Virus record (IMG/VR): IMGVR_UViG_3300049001_000080
Coordinates: 38,446 to 102,445 of that record
DNA: 64,000 nucleotides
Origin: a virus
Strand: one strand, 5' to 3'
Shown piece after piece: positions 53,685 through 62,891 of the stretch; the stretch's first letter is position 1; the number at the start of each line of letters is the position of its first letter. Made by a program: the position numbers and the translations under genes. The notes below the pieces were generated by a model, which saw nothing but the letters and a program-made list of their open reading frames with translations, had not been told where the DNA came from and searched no databases.

Positions 53685-55829
53685 TCAGACCGCCTCCTCG
53701 TCGTCGACCGCGGCGGGCCGGCGCCCGACGTGCCACGGGCCGTCGATCAGTGTGCCGCTCACCCTCACCCGCCGGCCGTCGCCGTCGAGCACCACGCGGG
53801 GGTCGTCCACGTCGTCCCCGGGCTCGACGGGCGTCGCCGAGCCGGCCACCGGCATGCCGGCCCGCATCTCGTCGCTCTCGGGTGGGCGGGCCTGGTTGCG
53901 GGGCAGCCGTACGAGCCCGCCGGGGTCGGGCTCTCCCGCGACCCCGGCGGGCAGCTCCGTGGGCACGCCCGCGGGCATCATCAGGGCGTCCGGCGTGGGC
54001 GCCAGCGTCACGGGCGGCACGCTGTCCACGCCGAGCTGAGGGACCCGCGCGCCCATCCCGCCCTGCTGGAGCGCGGCCTGCTGGGCCGCCGCGTCGGAGA
54101 TCTCGGCGGCGTTGATCGGCTTGGGGTCGAAGTCCTCGCGCAGGTCCGGCGGGATGGGCAGCCCCTTGGCCTTGAGCGCCCGGTAGGTCTCGCGCCTGGT
54201 CTCCTGCGCCTCGACCGCGAGGCGGACCTGCTCGTCGCGGGTGGTCTCCACCTCGTCGTCGAGGTCCACGGGCACGTTGAGCAGGCGGGTGCGCATCGAG
54301 ATCGGCACGCCAGCGGCCCTCAGGGCCTCGTAGAACTGCCGTGTCACCTCGTCATCACGCATGTTCATCGAGGCGAACTCGGCGGTAGGTATCAGCAGCT
54401 TCGGACGCTCCTCGACCCTCTTGGAGCCGTCCTCGTCGACGACTAGGACCTCCTCGTTGACCACGTAGCGCTTGCCCCCGCGCTCCTCGTAGTCGTAGTG
54501 GCCCTGGGCCTCGGCGACCACGAGCATCCGCTGGCGCATCAGCCGCTTGTGCTGCCGCTGGAAGGTCGTCAGCAGTTGCGTCACTAGATCCCTATTGAGC
54601 GCATCTGCCGCGTATGTCTCTCCTGTCCCGGCGCCCGTCAGCGCCGTCTTGGACAGGCCGAACGCCTGGAGCTTCTTGTCCTCCAGCCGCTCGAAGTCGG
54701 CGTCGAGGTTGGGCATCGTCTCGCGCCCGAACACTGTGTCCATCTGGGTGGCGAAGTGGGTGACCATCACGCGGAAGTCGGCCGCCAGCGCCGCGTCGAG
54801 GCCCTCCTCGAACGCGGTCAGGTCGTCCGGCGTCGGCACCCAGGGCTTGTCGGTGCCGAGGTCCTGCGCGCTGGCGCCGAGCCGGGCCAGCACCAACGGG
54901 GTGTAGAGGCGGTCGCTGATCGCGTCCTGGGCGGCGTTGAGCATCTCCTCCTGGATCGCCGGCCGCAGCGCGCGGGTCAGGATCGGGATGCCCCGCGGGC
55001 TGAACGTGTCGCCCTTGAACCGATACTGGTGCAGCAGGGTCGAGCTGACCGGCATCCGGGCGTCCTCGCCGGTGTAGTACCGCAGCTCGGGGTAGGACTG
55101 CATCAGCTTCGTGTACTCCCACGCCGGCTGACCCGAGCGCAGCACGTTGCGGAGCGTCTCCGGCAGCCGGATCGAGTAGCGCGGGTCGCGCAGGAACGGC
55201 GACCGCTCCACGAACACGTCGTCCGGGTCGATCAGCTCGTCGGCCTCCCAGACCCCCAGCATCTCGTTGAACGACCCCAGGGGCCACGCCTCGCCCACAC
55301 ACCAGTACTCGCGGCCTATGTCGACCAGGAAGTCCTCGTAGTCGAGCTGGTCCAGCAGCAACGATGAGTAGAAATCTACCAACTTGCCGTCTTTGCACCG
55401 AAGCTCAAGGCCGAGCACCGGGTACCGCGAGTAGATGTCGATCACGGAGCTGAGCGTGCTGTCGGAGCGGTAGATGAACCGGCACCACTCGCGCAGCCGG
55501 ACCAGCTCCTCGGGCGACCTGATGTCGTAGGGCAGCATCGAGTCGCGCCAGTACCACATCGGGTCGCGCGGTCGCTGGGTGGCGAAGCTGACGTCGCCCC
55601 CGCCCCCGCCGACGGCCGCGGTGCGACGCCGGGACGAGATCCGGCTCAGCCGCATCTTGGTCGCCTCGGACCAGTCGGTCGGCGACGGGCCCTGACGACC
55701 TCGGCTCAGGGCGTCGGCCACGTCCTGGCCGGTGACCGCCCGGCGCACGTCGGCCGCGCCGCGGGCGACGATGACCCCCGAGTCACGCGTAGAGAGGCCG
55801 CGCCGGTCCTTGACCTCGAAGCCCGCCAC
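53685..55829 (-). CDS. Portal protein
   Basis: 714 aa; IDIYSRYP, GEAW, PRGIPIL.RA, LYTPL, GETYA motifs; position in head module. Confidence 0.85.
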   Translation of the reverse strand: MAGFEVKDRRGLSTRDSGVIVARGAADVRRAVTGQDVADALSRGRQGPSPTDWSEATKMRLSRISSRRRTAAVGGGGGDVSFATQRPRDPMWYWRDSMLPYDIRSPEELVRLREWCRFIYRSDSTLSSVIDIYSRYPVLGLELRCKDGKLVDFYSSLLLDQLDYEDFLVDIGREYWCVGEAWPLGSFNEMLGVWEADELIDPDDVFVERSPFLRDPRYSIRLPETLRNVLRSGQPAWEYTKLMQSYPELRYYTGEDARMPVSSTLLHQYRFKGDTFSPRGIPILTRALRPAIQEEMLNAAQDAISDRLYTPLVLARLGASAQDLGTDKPWVPTPDDLTAFEEGLDAALAADFRVMVTHFATQMDTVFGRETMPNLDADFERLEDKKLQAFGLSKTALTGAGTGETYAADALNRDLVTQLLTTFQRQHKRLMRQRMLVVAEAQGHYDYEERGGKRYVVNEEVLVVDEDGSKRVEERPKLLIPTAEFASMNMRDDEVTRQFYEALRAAGVPISMRTRLLNVPVDLDDEVETTRDEQVRLAVEAQETRRETYRALKAKGLPIPPDLREDFDPKPINAAEISDAAAQQAALQQGGMGARVPQLGVDSVPPVTLAPTPDALMMPAGVPTELPAGVAGEPDPGGLVRLPRNQARPPESDEMRAGMPVAGSATPVEPGDDVDDPRVVLDGDGRRVRVSGTLIDGPWHVGRRPAAVDDEEAV

Positions 55830-55840
55830 TCGGCACCCTC

Positions 55841-55877
55841 CCAGCCCTTAGGGCGGAGGGCGGGGTCAGGCGGCAGG
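55841..55877 (-). promoter_or_regulatory. Putative late promoter CCTGC-N23-AAGGGCTGG
   Basis: Upstream of portal. Confidence 0.6.
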
Positions 55878-55878
55878 T

Positions 55879-56673
55879 CTAGGAGGCGGCGTCGGCCCGG
55901 ACCTGCTCCAGCACCGGCTCGGCGTACCCGCTCTCGACCAGCGCGAGGTGCCGGAGGTACTGCGCCACGCTCAGCTCGCCGCCGGTCGAGGTGCGCAGCG
56001 TCGAGCCCTTGCCCCTGAGGAACGCCGGCACGTCGCCGTCGTCGTCCTGGTCGTCCGGTGGCGCGCCGTCCTGCTCCTGGTCGGGCGGCTGCGACGGGTC
56101 GACCTCGCCGGCCGGTAGCTGCCCGGGCACCTCGTCTCCAGGTGCGCCGGGGTCCGCGCCGGGCTGGCCGGGCGGGTAGGGCTGACCGTCGACCGTCTGG
56201 GGCATGGCCGGGAACTTGGGTTGGAGGCGGACGGTGTAGGTCCGGTCGCAGTACCCGCAGTTGATCGAGCCGTCCGAGGTCGCCACCGTCTGGCCGCTGC
56301 CGCACCACGCACAGTGCGCCGGTGCCATGTCGTCGTCCGACTCGTGCGCGACCGTGAGGAGGCCGGAGGTGTGCTCGTGGCCGGAGTGCGGTGCCCAGGC
56401 GAACATCTTGCCCACCTCGTGCAGGCCGACGTGCAGGCCGCGCAGGTCGTCGGGGTGCGCCGAGTCCATCTCCTCCGCCGACCAGCCGTGCTCATCGGCG
56501 AGGTGGCGGCGCGCCTCGTCAGGCGTCATCTGGTACCCCGCGGTGCGCGCGGCCCACGCTGGCTGTACGCCGGCCTGGTGGCAGTGCGGGCACACCAGCA
56601 GCCCGTCCGGCGAGCGCTCGCGCGCCAGCCGGCGGGGGATGGACCCGCCGCACCGCTCGCACCGCCTGTCCAC
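55879..56673 (-). CDS. Zinc-ribbon protein, putative head-associated
   Basis: CERC/CPHC and HCAWCGSG...CGYC; HL...HG..H module after RTAG. Confidence 0.65.
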   Translation of the reverse strand: MDRRCERCGGSIPRRLARERSPDGLLVCPHCHQAGVQPAWAARTAGYQMTPDEARRHLADEHGWSAEEMDSAHPDDLRGLHVGLHEVGKMFAWAPHSGHEHTSGLLTVAHESDDDMAPAHCAWCGSGQTVATSDGSINCGYCDRTYTVRLQPKFPAMPQTVDGQPYPPGQPGADPGAPGDEVPGQLPAGEVDPSQPPDQEQDGAPPDDQDDDGDVPAFLRGKGSTLRTSTGGELSVAQYLRHLALVESGYAEPVLEQVRADAAS

Positions 56674-56679
56674 GAGCGC

Positions 56680-58191
56680 CTACCGCTCGGCCTGGACCGC
56701 GGGGAACCTGCGCAGCGTGGCCAGCGCGACCCGCCGGGCGCCCTCGTGGCCCACCTCCGGGTTGGCGGCCAGCACCCGGGCCGCGAGCCTCGACACGACG
56801 TCCGGCGGGCGGGTGAAGGCCTCCTCGGGCCGCTGGACGGCCACCAGGGGGTCGGCGTCGCCCAGCATCGTGTCGGCCGGCGCCACCACCTCGGACGGCA
56901 CGTCGCCCGCGTGCTGCGGGTACGTCGCGGCCCCTGGAGACTCGGCGGACCCCGGCACGCCCGGCCCCGTCGTCTTGAACTCGTTGTCCTCGGGACCCGC
57001 GGCCACCCGCGGCGGCGCCGGCTCGCGGCTGGGGACGGGGGGCGTCATCATGCCCGGCGCCGGCACGGGAGGGTGGGGCGTGCCCCACTCGTCGACGATC
57101 CAGGGCGGCGTCGGCACGGGGGCGAGCTTCTGCCAGCGCTCCGACCCGAACGCGTCGGGGTCGAACTGCACGGCGCCCGTCGCCGTGAGGCGCACCAGCC
57201 CCTGGTCCCATCCGTCGGCGGCCTGGATCGCCGCGGTGACGACGTCCAGCGAGCCCCGGCCGAGGCAGTACCCGCACGCCTGCTGGTCCGGCGTCTGGCC
57301 GCCCACGCACTTGCGGCATGCCATCCGAGCCGCAGACTCGCGGGCGCCGGGCACGTTCGCGTAGAGGGCGCGCTGGAGGTCGAGCGCCTCGCCGCGGCTC
57401 TTGGGCTCGTCGTTCTTCCGCTCGCCCTTGGCGTTGACGACGTACCAGCCTCCGTCGCCCTCCTCCAGCTTGTACGGGGCGTGGGAGCCTCCACCCGGGG
57501 CGGTGTGGCGCACCGAGGACGTGTGCCAGGCGTGCGCCTCGCTGGCCGGTACCGCGCCCTCGCCGTGGCAGACCGGGCAGTCCTCGTGACCGCCAGTCCC
57601 CGGGGCGTGGCCGGTGCCGCGACAGGCGGGGCAGTCGACCTGGTCGGTGCCGGACCTGTAGCCGAGCCGCGGCGCGCCCATGGCGAGTGGCTCCGGCGTC
57701 GGCTCCACGGGCTCGGCTGGCGGCTGCTCGACCTGCTCCTGCTGCTGTGGCTCCTCGGCCGCGCGGCGACGGATCGCGTGGGCGTCGGCCAGCCGGTCCC
57801 GCAGCGCGCGGGCGTGCGAGGCTGACTGCCCGGGTGGCGCGGGCTTCGGGGTGGGAGCGGGCGCTCGGCGGGCCAGCTCGGCGGCCACCCGGCGCTCCAG
57901 CTCACGCCGGCCCTCGCGCTCGCGGTGCAGCAGGCCGAAGTCGGCGTCGAGCCCGGCCACGAGCTGCTCAGCCAGCGCGCGGTCGCCGGGGGCCACCTCG
58001 TCGCACGCGGCCTCCAGGCGCTCGGCCGTGAGGGCTAGGCGCTGCCGGTACTCCTCGACGCTGCCGGCCGCGCTCAGGAACGGCCACAGCCCCGAGCACT
58101 TGACCCGGGCCAGGGCCAGCGCTCGGTCACGAGCCTCGGCGGCGGCGTCCCTCGTCGCCTCCACCCACATCGAGTCGGCCAGCCCGGTCAT
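56680..58191 (-). CDS. Modular putative head protein with DnaJ-type CxxCxGxG fingers
   Basis: CPACRGTG, CPVCHGEG, CRKCVG, CGYCLGRG. Confidence 0.65.
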   Translation of the reverse strand: MTGLADSMWVEATRDAAAEARDRALALARVKCSGLWPFLSAAGSVEEYRQRLALTAERLEAACDEVAPGDRALAEQLVAGLDADFGLLHREREGRRELERRVAAELARRAPAPTPKPAPPGQSASHARALRDRLADAHAIRRRAAEEPQQQEQVEQPPAEPVEPTPEPLAMGAPRLGYRSGTDQVDCPACRGTGHAPGTGGHEDCPVCHGEGAVPASEAHAWHTSSVRHTAPGGGSHAPYKLEEGDGGWYVVNAKGERKNDEPKSRGEALDLQRALYANVPGARESAARMACRKCVGGQTPDQQACGYCLGRGSLDVVTAAIQAADGWDQGLVRLTATGAVQFDPDAFGSERWQKLAPVPTPPWIVDEWGTPHPPVPAPGMMTPPVPSREPAPPRVAAGPEDNEFKTTGPGVPGSAESPGAATYPQHAGDVPSEVVAPADTMLGDADPLVAVQRPEEAFTRPPDVVSRLAARVLAANPEVGHEGARRVALATLRRFPAVQAER

Positions 58192-60089
58192 CGGGACTGC
58201 GCCTGGAGGGAGGCCTGCACGCGGGCACGGAAGGCGGCCGTCTGCGCGGTCATCGGCCAGCCGGTGCCGGTCGCGGCCCGGTCGGCGGAGCCGTGCTCGT
58301 ACCCCTCGTGGTAGTCCGCCCGCTTGAGGTTGAACGAGTGGAACTTCCTCGACTTGATGTTGGTGGACGGGCGCGGCTGGTAGTAGACCTTCGCGTTCCC
58401 GTTCAGACCGTCGTAGTACCCGTGGGTGTAGTGGAGCGGGTTCCCCGTCTCGAAGGCGCCCTCGCTCCGGTAGCTCGGTCCGGCGGTGAACTGGAGCTTC
58501 TCCGTGGGGTACCAGGTGCTGGCGTGGACGCCCCGTGGTGGACGGAACTCGTACTTGTCACCTGCGGCGGCTGTCAACGCCATGATCGAGACCTTCTTCG
58601 GCATCGCGTCATCGTCATCATCGTCATCATCTTCATCGTCATCATCGTCATCATCTTCATCGTCGTCCGAGTCGTCGTCGCAGCCAGACCCGTCCTTGCC
58701 CTTGTCGTCATCATCGTCTTTATCGTCGCTGTCGTCGGCTTTGTCCGAGTCGTCTTTCTTGTCGTCGGAGTCGCCGTCGTCCTTCTTCTTGAGCCAGGGC
58801 GGCAGGTCGCCGGCCACGCGGGGGGCGAGGTGCGCGCTCAGCTCGGCGACCAGAGCCTCGCCGAGGTGCGGGGCGGCGTGGTCCAGGAACGACGACACGA
58901 CCGCGTGGCCGGAGACCGAGCCGAACGGCTCGTCGCCGGACCGCATCATCGCCAGGGCGTCCAGGAAGACGCGGGCCGGCACGGGCACGCGGTCGCCCAC
59001 CTCCCGCCGGATCTGCGCCGCCACGGCGCTCAGCGGGCGCCTGGCGGCCTGCCCGGGCCACGGGAAGACCTGCCCGTCCAGGCCGTCGACGGCCGGCCCG
59101 TTCCCCGGTCCCGCGTCGTGCGGGGCCAGCTCGACCGGCAGCGCGCCGGTGGCCGGCACCGGCGCGGCCGGCGGCGGGCCCATCTGCTGCGAGGGGGTCA
59201 GCGAGTCGTCATGGGTCGAGGGCATGGGGGCGACGCCGGACGGCGGGGTCAGGGCCATGTCGGCGACCACCCGCTGTGCCCGCCGGCTGATCAGCGAGCC
59301 GAGGGCCGGGTGCAGCGCGTTCAGCGTGGTCATGCCCGTGCCGGCCGCGGGGGGCGTCGGGGTGCCGTCCAGGTAGTCGAACGACGGCTGAGTGCCCGGC
59401 CCGGGCCCGGCGTCGTGCGGCTGGTCGGCAGCCGGGTTCTCGATGCCCTCGGCGACGTCGCCGTCGATCGGGCCGCCCTCGGCCAGGGATGGGGTCTCGC
59501 CCTGCTGCGTCTGCGAGTCCGGCGCCCCCGCAGGGCCCCACATCGAGTCGTCGAAGGTCTGCTCGTCGTCCACGCCCACCGGCAGGCCGGAGCCCGGCGG
59601 GGTCTGCGAGGTGGCGTCGGCCAGGACCAGCCCGCCAAGGTGGGAGGCCTGGTCGAGGAACGCCCGGCACGCCTCCGGCGCCTGCTCGCCCCAGGCGGAG
59701 GCCTCGCGCCGGGCCATCCCGTCGGCCTGCGCCGCGAACTCCTGCCGGTCGGCGCGGACCGCGGGCGGCAGCCGGTCGTACCAGAGGCTGGCCGCCGCGA
59801 CCATCCGCTGCGCGACGTCGGTCGGGTCGTACCGGGTGGGCTGCACGTAGGCCAGCCAGTCGGAGGCCGCGGTGGTCCGGACGCCGGGCAGCACGCCGCC
59901 CCCGTACTGAGGCGGTGCCGGCGGCAGCGCGGCTGCCGCCAGGTCGAGGGAGCGCCGGTCGCGCTCGTCAGCGACCCGGGCGGCGCGCAGCGCGGCGAGC
60001 TGGGCGCCGAGGGTCTCCTGGACCTCCAGGGTGGGCGCGGCGGCCATGGCCTGGAGCAGGTCGACCTCGCGCGTTGTGTCAGCGGGCAT
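58188..60089 (-). CDS. Modular putative head protein with long acidic tract
   Basis: First gene after late-promoter motif; LPPWLKKK followed by a poly-Asp stretch. Confidence 0.65.
   Translation of the reverse strand: MPADTTREVDLLQAMAAAPTLEVQETLGAQLAALRAARVADERDRRSLDLAAAALPPAPPQYGGGVLPGVRTTAASDWLAYVQPTRYDPTDVAQRMVAAASLWYDRLPPAVRADRQEFAAQADGMARREASAWGEQAPEACRAFLDQASHLGGLVLADATSQTPPGSGLPVGVDDEQTFDDSMWGPAGAPDSQTQQGETPSLAEGGPIDGDVAEGIENPAADQPHDAGPGPGTQPSFDYLDGTPTPPAAGTGMTTLNALHPALGSLISRRAQRVVADMALTPPSGVAPMPSTHDDSLTPSQQMGPPPAAPVPATGALPVELAPHDAGPGNGPAVDGLDGQVFPWPGQAARRPLSAVAAQIRREVGDRVPVPARVFLDALAMMRSGDEPFGSVSGHAVVSSFLDHAAPHLGEALVAELSAHLAPRVAGDLPPWLKKKDDGDSDDKKDDSDKADDSDDKDDDDDKGKDGSGCDDDSDDDEDDDDDDDEDDDDDDDDAMPKKVSIMALTAAAGDKYEFRPPRGVHASTWYPTEKLQFTAGPSYRSEGAFETGNPLHYTHGYYDGLNGNAKVYYQPRPSTNIKSRKFHSFNLKRADYHEGYEHGSADRAATGTGWPMTAQTAAFRARVQASLQAQSR
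58615..58662. repeat. Perfect 24 bp tandem duplication within the poly-Asp tract
   Basis: TCATCATCGTCATCATCTTCATCG x2. Confidence 0.85.
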
Positions 60090-60129
60090 AGAAGTATCTC
60101 CACTCCACGACGGCAGGGCGCTCGCCCCT

Positions 60130-60167
60130 CCACCCCTTCCCTCGGGGTCGGCCGGGCGGGCGGCAGG
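60130..60167 (-). promoter_or_regulatory. Putative late promoter CCTGC-N24-AAGGGGTGG
   Basis: At the start of the head module. Confidence 0.65.
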
Positions 60168-60168
60168 G

Positions 60169-60615
60169 TCAGGCTCTGAGCCGGTACTCCCAGACGTCGG
60201 GGCGCCCGCGACGCTGCCGGCGACCGATCGGCCAGCCCGCGGCGACCATCAGCCGGAGCGCCTCCACGGCCTCGCGACGGCCGCCCTCGGCGGCCACCAG
60301 GTCGCCCGCCGGCACCCAGCGGTCCGACCTGCCCTCCAGGTACCCCAGCAGCCGGGCCTCCATGGTGCCGGCGGCGGGCCGTACGAGCGGCTGGCGGACC
60401 TGGGGCGCCCCGATGGCACTGGAGGGCGGGGTGGCGCTGGCGGCGACCCTGCGGACGATCTGGCGGCCGGGCGTCGTGGCCCGCTCGTACTCGGCCTGCG
60501 CCGCCTCGTCGGGCCAGCGGTGCCCCTCGTCGTCCTCGTGGTCTAGGTGCCGGGACGCCTCGGGCAACGTGCAGACCCAGGGCTCGGATGGGTGAGGAGA
60601 GCCGCAGCGCCTCAT
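60169..60615 (-). CDS. Putative winged-helix protein
   Basis: ATG overlap; RLLGYL...WVPAGDL...GWPI...WEYRL. Confidence 0.55.
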   Translation of the reverse strand: MRRCGSPHPSEPWVCTLPEASRHLDHEDDEGHRWPDEAAQAEYERATTPGRQIVRRVAASATPPSSAIGAPQVRQPLVRPAAGTMEARLLGYLEGRSDRWVPAGDLVAAEGGRREAVEALRLMVAAGWPIGRRQRRGRPDVWEYRLRA

Positions 60616-61202
60616 GCGAGCAGGTGCCGGGCCACCCGGTCGGTCACCAGGTCGTCGTACAGCGGGTGGTGCACCGCCGCCGGCAGCCCCAGCCGCTCGG
60701 CGTCCGCCGCCACGTCGAGCCCGTGGTCGGTCGCGTAGCTGCCGGCCGAGATGGTGTTGTAGTAGCGGGCCTGGGTGAGCAGCGAGGACAGGTCGAGCAG
60801 CGGGAGCGGCCCGCTCGTCAGGATGGCGTCGTCGTCCGGGAAGACGTCCAGGAGCAGGCGGGCCTCGACCGGCCAGGTGACGTGCCCCAGCACGAGCGGT
60901 GGCGATGCGGAGGTGAGGCGCGCGACCGCCGGGCCGGCCTCCCACCACTCCCGCAGGGCCGCGCACATCGACTCGTAGTCGTCGTGCGTCTCCTCCTGGT
61001 CGGCGAGCGCCGGCAGCACGTTCTCCACGACCCAGGGGTTGATGCCCTCGGTGTGGGGGTGCTGCCGGTAGTCCCGCAGGATCGGGCAGCGCAGCACCAG
61101 CGTGTCGAGCACGGAGGCGTCGTCGCGGGTCCACAGTGCGGCCACGGCGAACGCCTGGCCGCTGAGCCCGTTGCTCTCGGCGTCTAGGGTCAAGATCTGC
61201 AC
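60612..61202 (-). CDS. DEDDh-like 3'-5' exonuclease
   Basis: LTLDAESNG, PLLDL, HHPLYD motifs. Confidence 0.7.
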   Translation of the reverse strand: MQILTLDAESNGLSGQAFAVAALWTRDDASVLDTLVLRCPILRDYRQHPHTEGINPWVVENVLPALADQEETHDDYESMCAALREWWEAGPAVARLTSASPPLVLGHVTWPVEARLLLDVFPDDDAILTSGPLPLLDLSSLLTQARYYNTISAGSYATDHGLDVAADAERLGLPAAVHHPLYDDLVTDRVARHLLA

Positions 61203-61209
61203 GGTTACC

Positions 61210-61791
61210 TCACTTCTTGAACGGGCTCGGGCAGGCGCCCCAGGCACCGGCGCGCTCTAGCTGCGCCTCGCCCTGGGCGATCGTGTAGGTGGCGCTGCGG
61301 GACTCGCGGTGGCCGTAGTCGTTGTGCTCGGCGTACCCGGCCCGGATGGCGTCGGCGCCGTAGTCGCGCCCGCCCACCTCGACGAAGAAGAGGCGCCGGC
61401 CGTACTTGTCCACGCGGCCCGCCCTGGCGTCGGCGACCAGCACCACGTCGTGGCCGGCGAGCTGGCTGGTGGCGTAGGCCGAGGCCTGCGCGCCGTAGCA
61501 CTGCACGGGGCTGCGGGGCTTCTTGGTCTCGGGCGTGTTGATCCCGATGATCCGGTCTGTGGTGGTCGCGCCCGCCTCGGGGCCGCAGAGGAGCTGCGTG
61601 TGGATGGTGTCGCCGTCCGTCACCTTCGTCACCCTCGCCGCGACACCGTCGGCCGCGCAGGCCGCCGCGGTCGCCCGCGGTGCCGGCGAGGTACGGAGGG
61701 CGTGCTGCATGGCGGTGGTCAGGGTCGCCGCGACGACCGCGAGGGCCAGGGTGATCTTGATGTTGCGCCAGCTCCAGATCCCGCGCCTCAC
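61210..61791 (-). CDS. Thermonuclease (SNase family) with signal/TM segment
   Basis: VTDGDTI, RIIGINTPE, DKYGR.L, AGYA. Confidence 0.92.
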   Translation of the reverse strand: MRRGIWSWRNIKITLALAVVAATLTTAMQHALRTSPAPRATAAACAADGVAARVTKVTDGDTIHTQLLCGPEAGATTTDRIIGINTPETKKPRSPVQCYGAQASAYATSQLAGHDVVLVADARAGRVDKYGRRLFFVEVGGRDYGADAIRAGYAEHNDYGHRESRSATYTIAQGEAQLERAGAWGACPSPFKK

Positions 61792-62147
61792 CCCTCCACC
61801 GCCCCGGTGGGTGCGGGCTCGTCGTCGAGCTGGAGCCCGGCCGCGGCCAGCGTGTCCCTGATCTCCTGCATCGCCTGCCGGTACCTGTCCAGCTCCGCGG
61901 TGAGGCGCCGCCTCTCGGCGAGGAGGTGCACCTCCTCCAGGGTGGTCGGCTGCCCGTGGTGCTCCTCGACGGGGGTCGCCTCCAGGTGCAGCTCGTACCC
62001 CATCGCCGAGTAGGCGGCGGTGAGCTTGTCGAGCGGGACGCTTCGGCTGGCGCGCCGCCAGGCGTTCACCGCGCCCGCCGAGGAGCCGACCAGCCGGCCC
62101 AGCTCGGGGGCCGAGACCCCCTGCGTCCGCATCAGGCTCCGGAGCAT
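61788..62147 (-). CDS. XRE-type HTH protein
   Basis: GVSAPELGRLVGSSAGAVNAW...PLDKL; C-terminal coiled coil; start uncertain. Confidence 0.7.
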   Translation of the reverse strand: MLRSLMRTQGVSAPELGRLVGSSAGAVNAWRRASRSVPLDKLTAAYSAMGYELHLEATPVEEHHGQPTTLEEVHLLAERRRLTAELDRYRQAMQEIRDTLAAAGLQLDDEPAPTGAVEG

Positions 62148-62209
62148 CCCGGCGGCGCCCTGACGGGTGGCCGGCCCTCGCACTAGGGGCCTGGTGGGCC
62201 CGGGCCGCC

Positions 62210-62572
62210 TCACCCGTCGTCCCGCGACGACCGCGCGTCCCGGCGCACGTCGTCGACGAGGCTGCGGCACACCTGGCCGTCCAGGTCGTTGAGCCCCACC
62301 CCGGACAGGAGACTGGTGAGCACCGCCTCACGCCGCGGGATGCTCACCCGCCAGCCGTTGATCAGGTACAGCGCACGCCTGAGGTCGTCGCGCTCCTTCT
62401 GCACCTGCATGAAGTCCTCGGCGTCCACGTAGATGGCCGGCCGCGCGCTGCCGCTCGACCTGCCGATCGTGACGTGCACGCCGGTGCCGTCGTTGATGTA
62501 GAGGCCGTCGTCCCGGCGCTCCACCGCGTCCAGGGCGGCCCGGACGGGGTCGGGGTGCTCAGACGAGGGCAT
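62210..62572 (-). CDS. Hypothetical protein
   Basis: 120 aa ORF. Confidence 0.55.
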   Translation of the reverse strand: MPSSEHPDPVRAALDAVERRDDGLYINDGTGVHVTIGRSSGSARPAIYVDAEDFMQVQKERDDLRRALYLINGWRVSIPRREAVLTSLLSGVGLNDLDGQVCRSLVDDVRRDARSSRDDG

Positions 62573-62891
62573 GGGCCAGCTTGCCGATCAGAGAGGCCGC
62601 CTGCTCGCGGGTCATCGGGGGCAGGTCCCACACGGTGACAATCGCAGTGGTGGGGCCGCCGATGACCTCGACGGAGTGGTCCTTCTCCAGGGCGTCGACC
62701 AGCTCGGTGACCAGGTTGTAGACCTTGGTCTTGTCGACTGCGAGCAGCGCCTTGGAGGCGACGAGCTGCCGGTTGCGCGCCCCGCGCCCGGTCACCTCGT
62801 ACGTGTTCTTCTGGACGCTGACGCCTTGCAGGTCACCCGAGTTGTCGGCGTGGGCGACGACGTCCAGCTCGGTGAAGCGAAATGCGTGCAT
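62559..62891 (-). CDS. Hypothetical protein
   Basis: RBS GAGGAG; MHAFRFTELD... Confidence 0.65.
   Translation of the reverse strand: MHAFRFTELDVVAHADNSGDLQGVSVQKNTYEVTGRGARNRQLVASKALLAVDKTKVYNLVTELVDALEKDHSVEVIGGPTTAIVTVWDLPPMTREQAASLIGKLAHALV

Noticed and set aside
28-60179. Long + strand ORFs (28-2019, 10946-14137, 41171-43189, 58293-60179 and others)
   Set aside because: Antisense shadows of GC-rich minus-strand genes; Arg/Gly/Pro-rich with no motifs.
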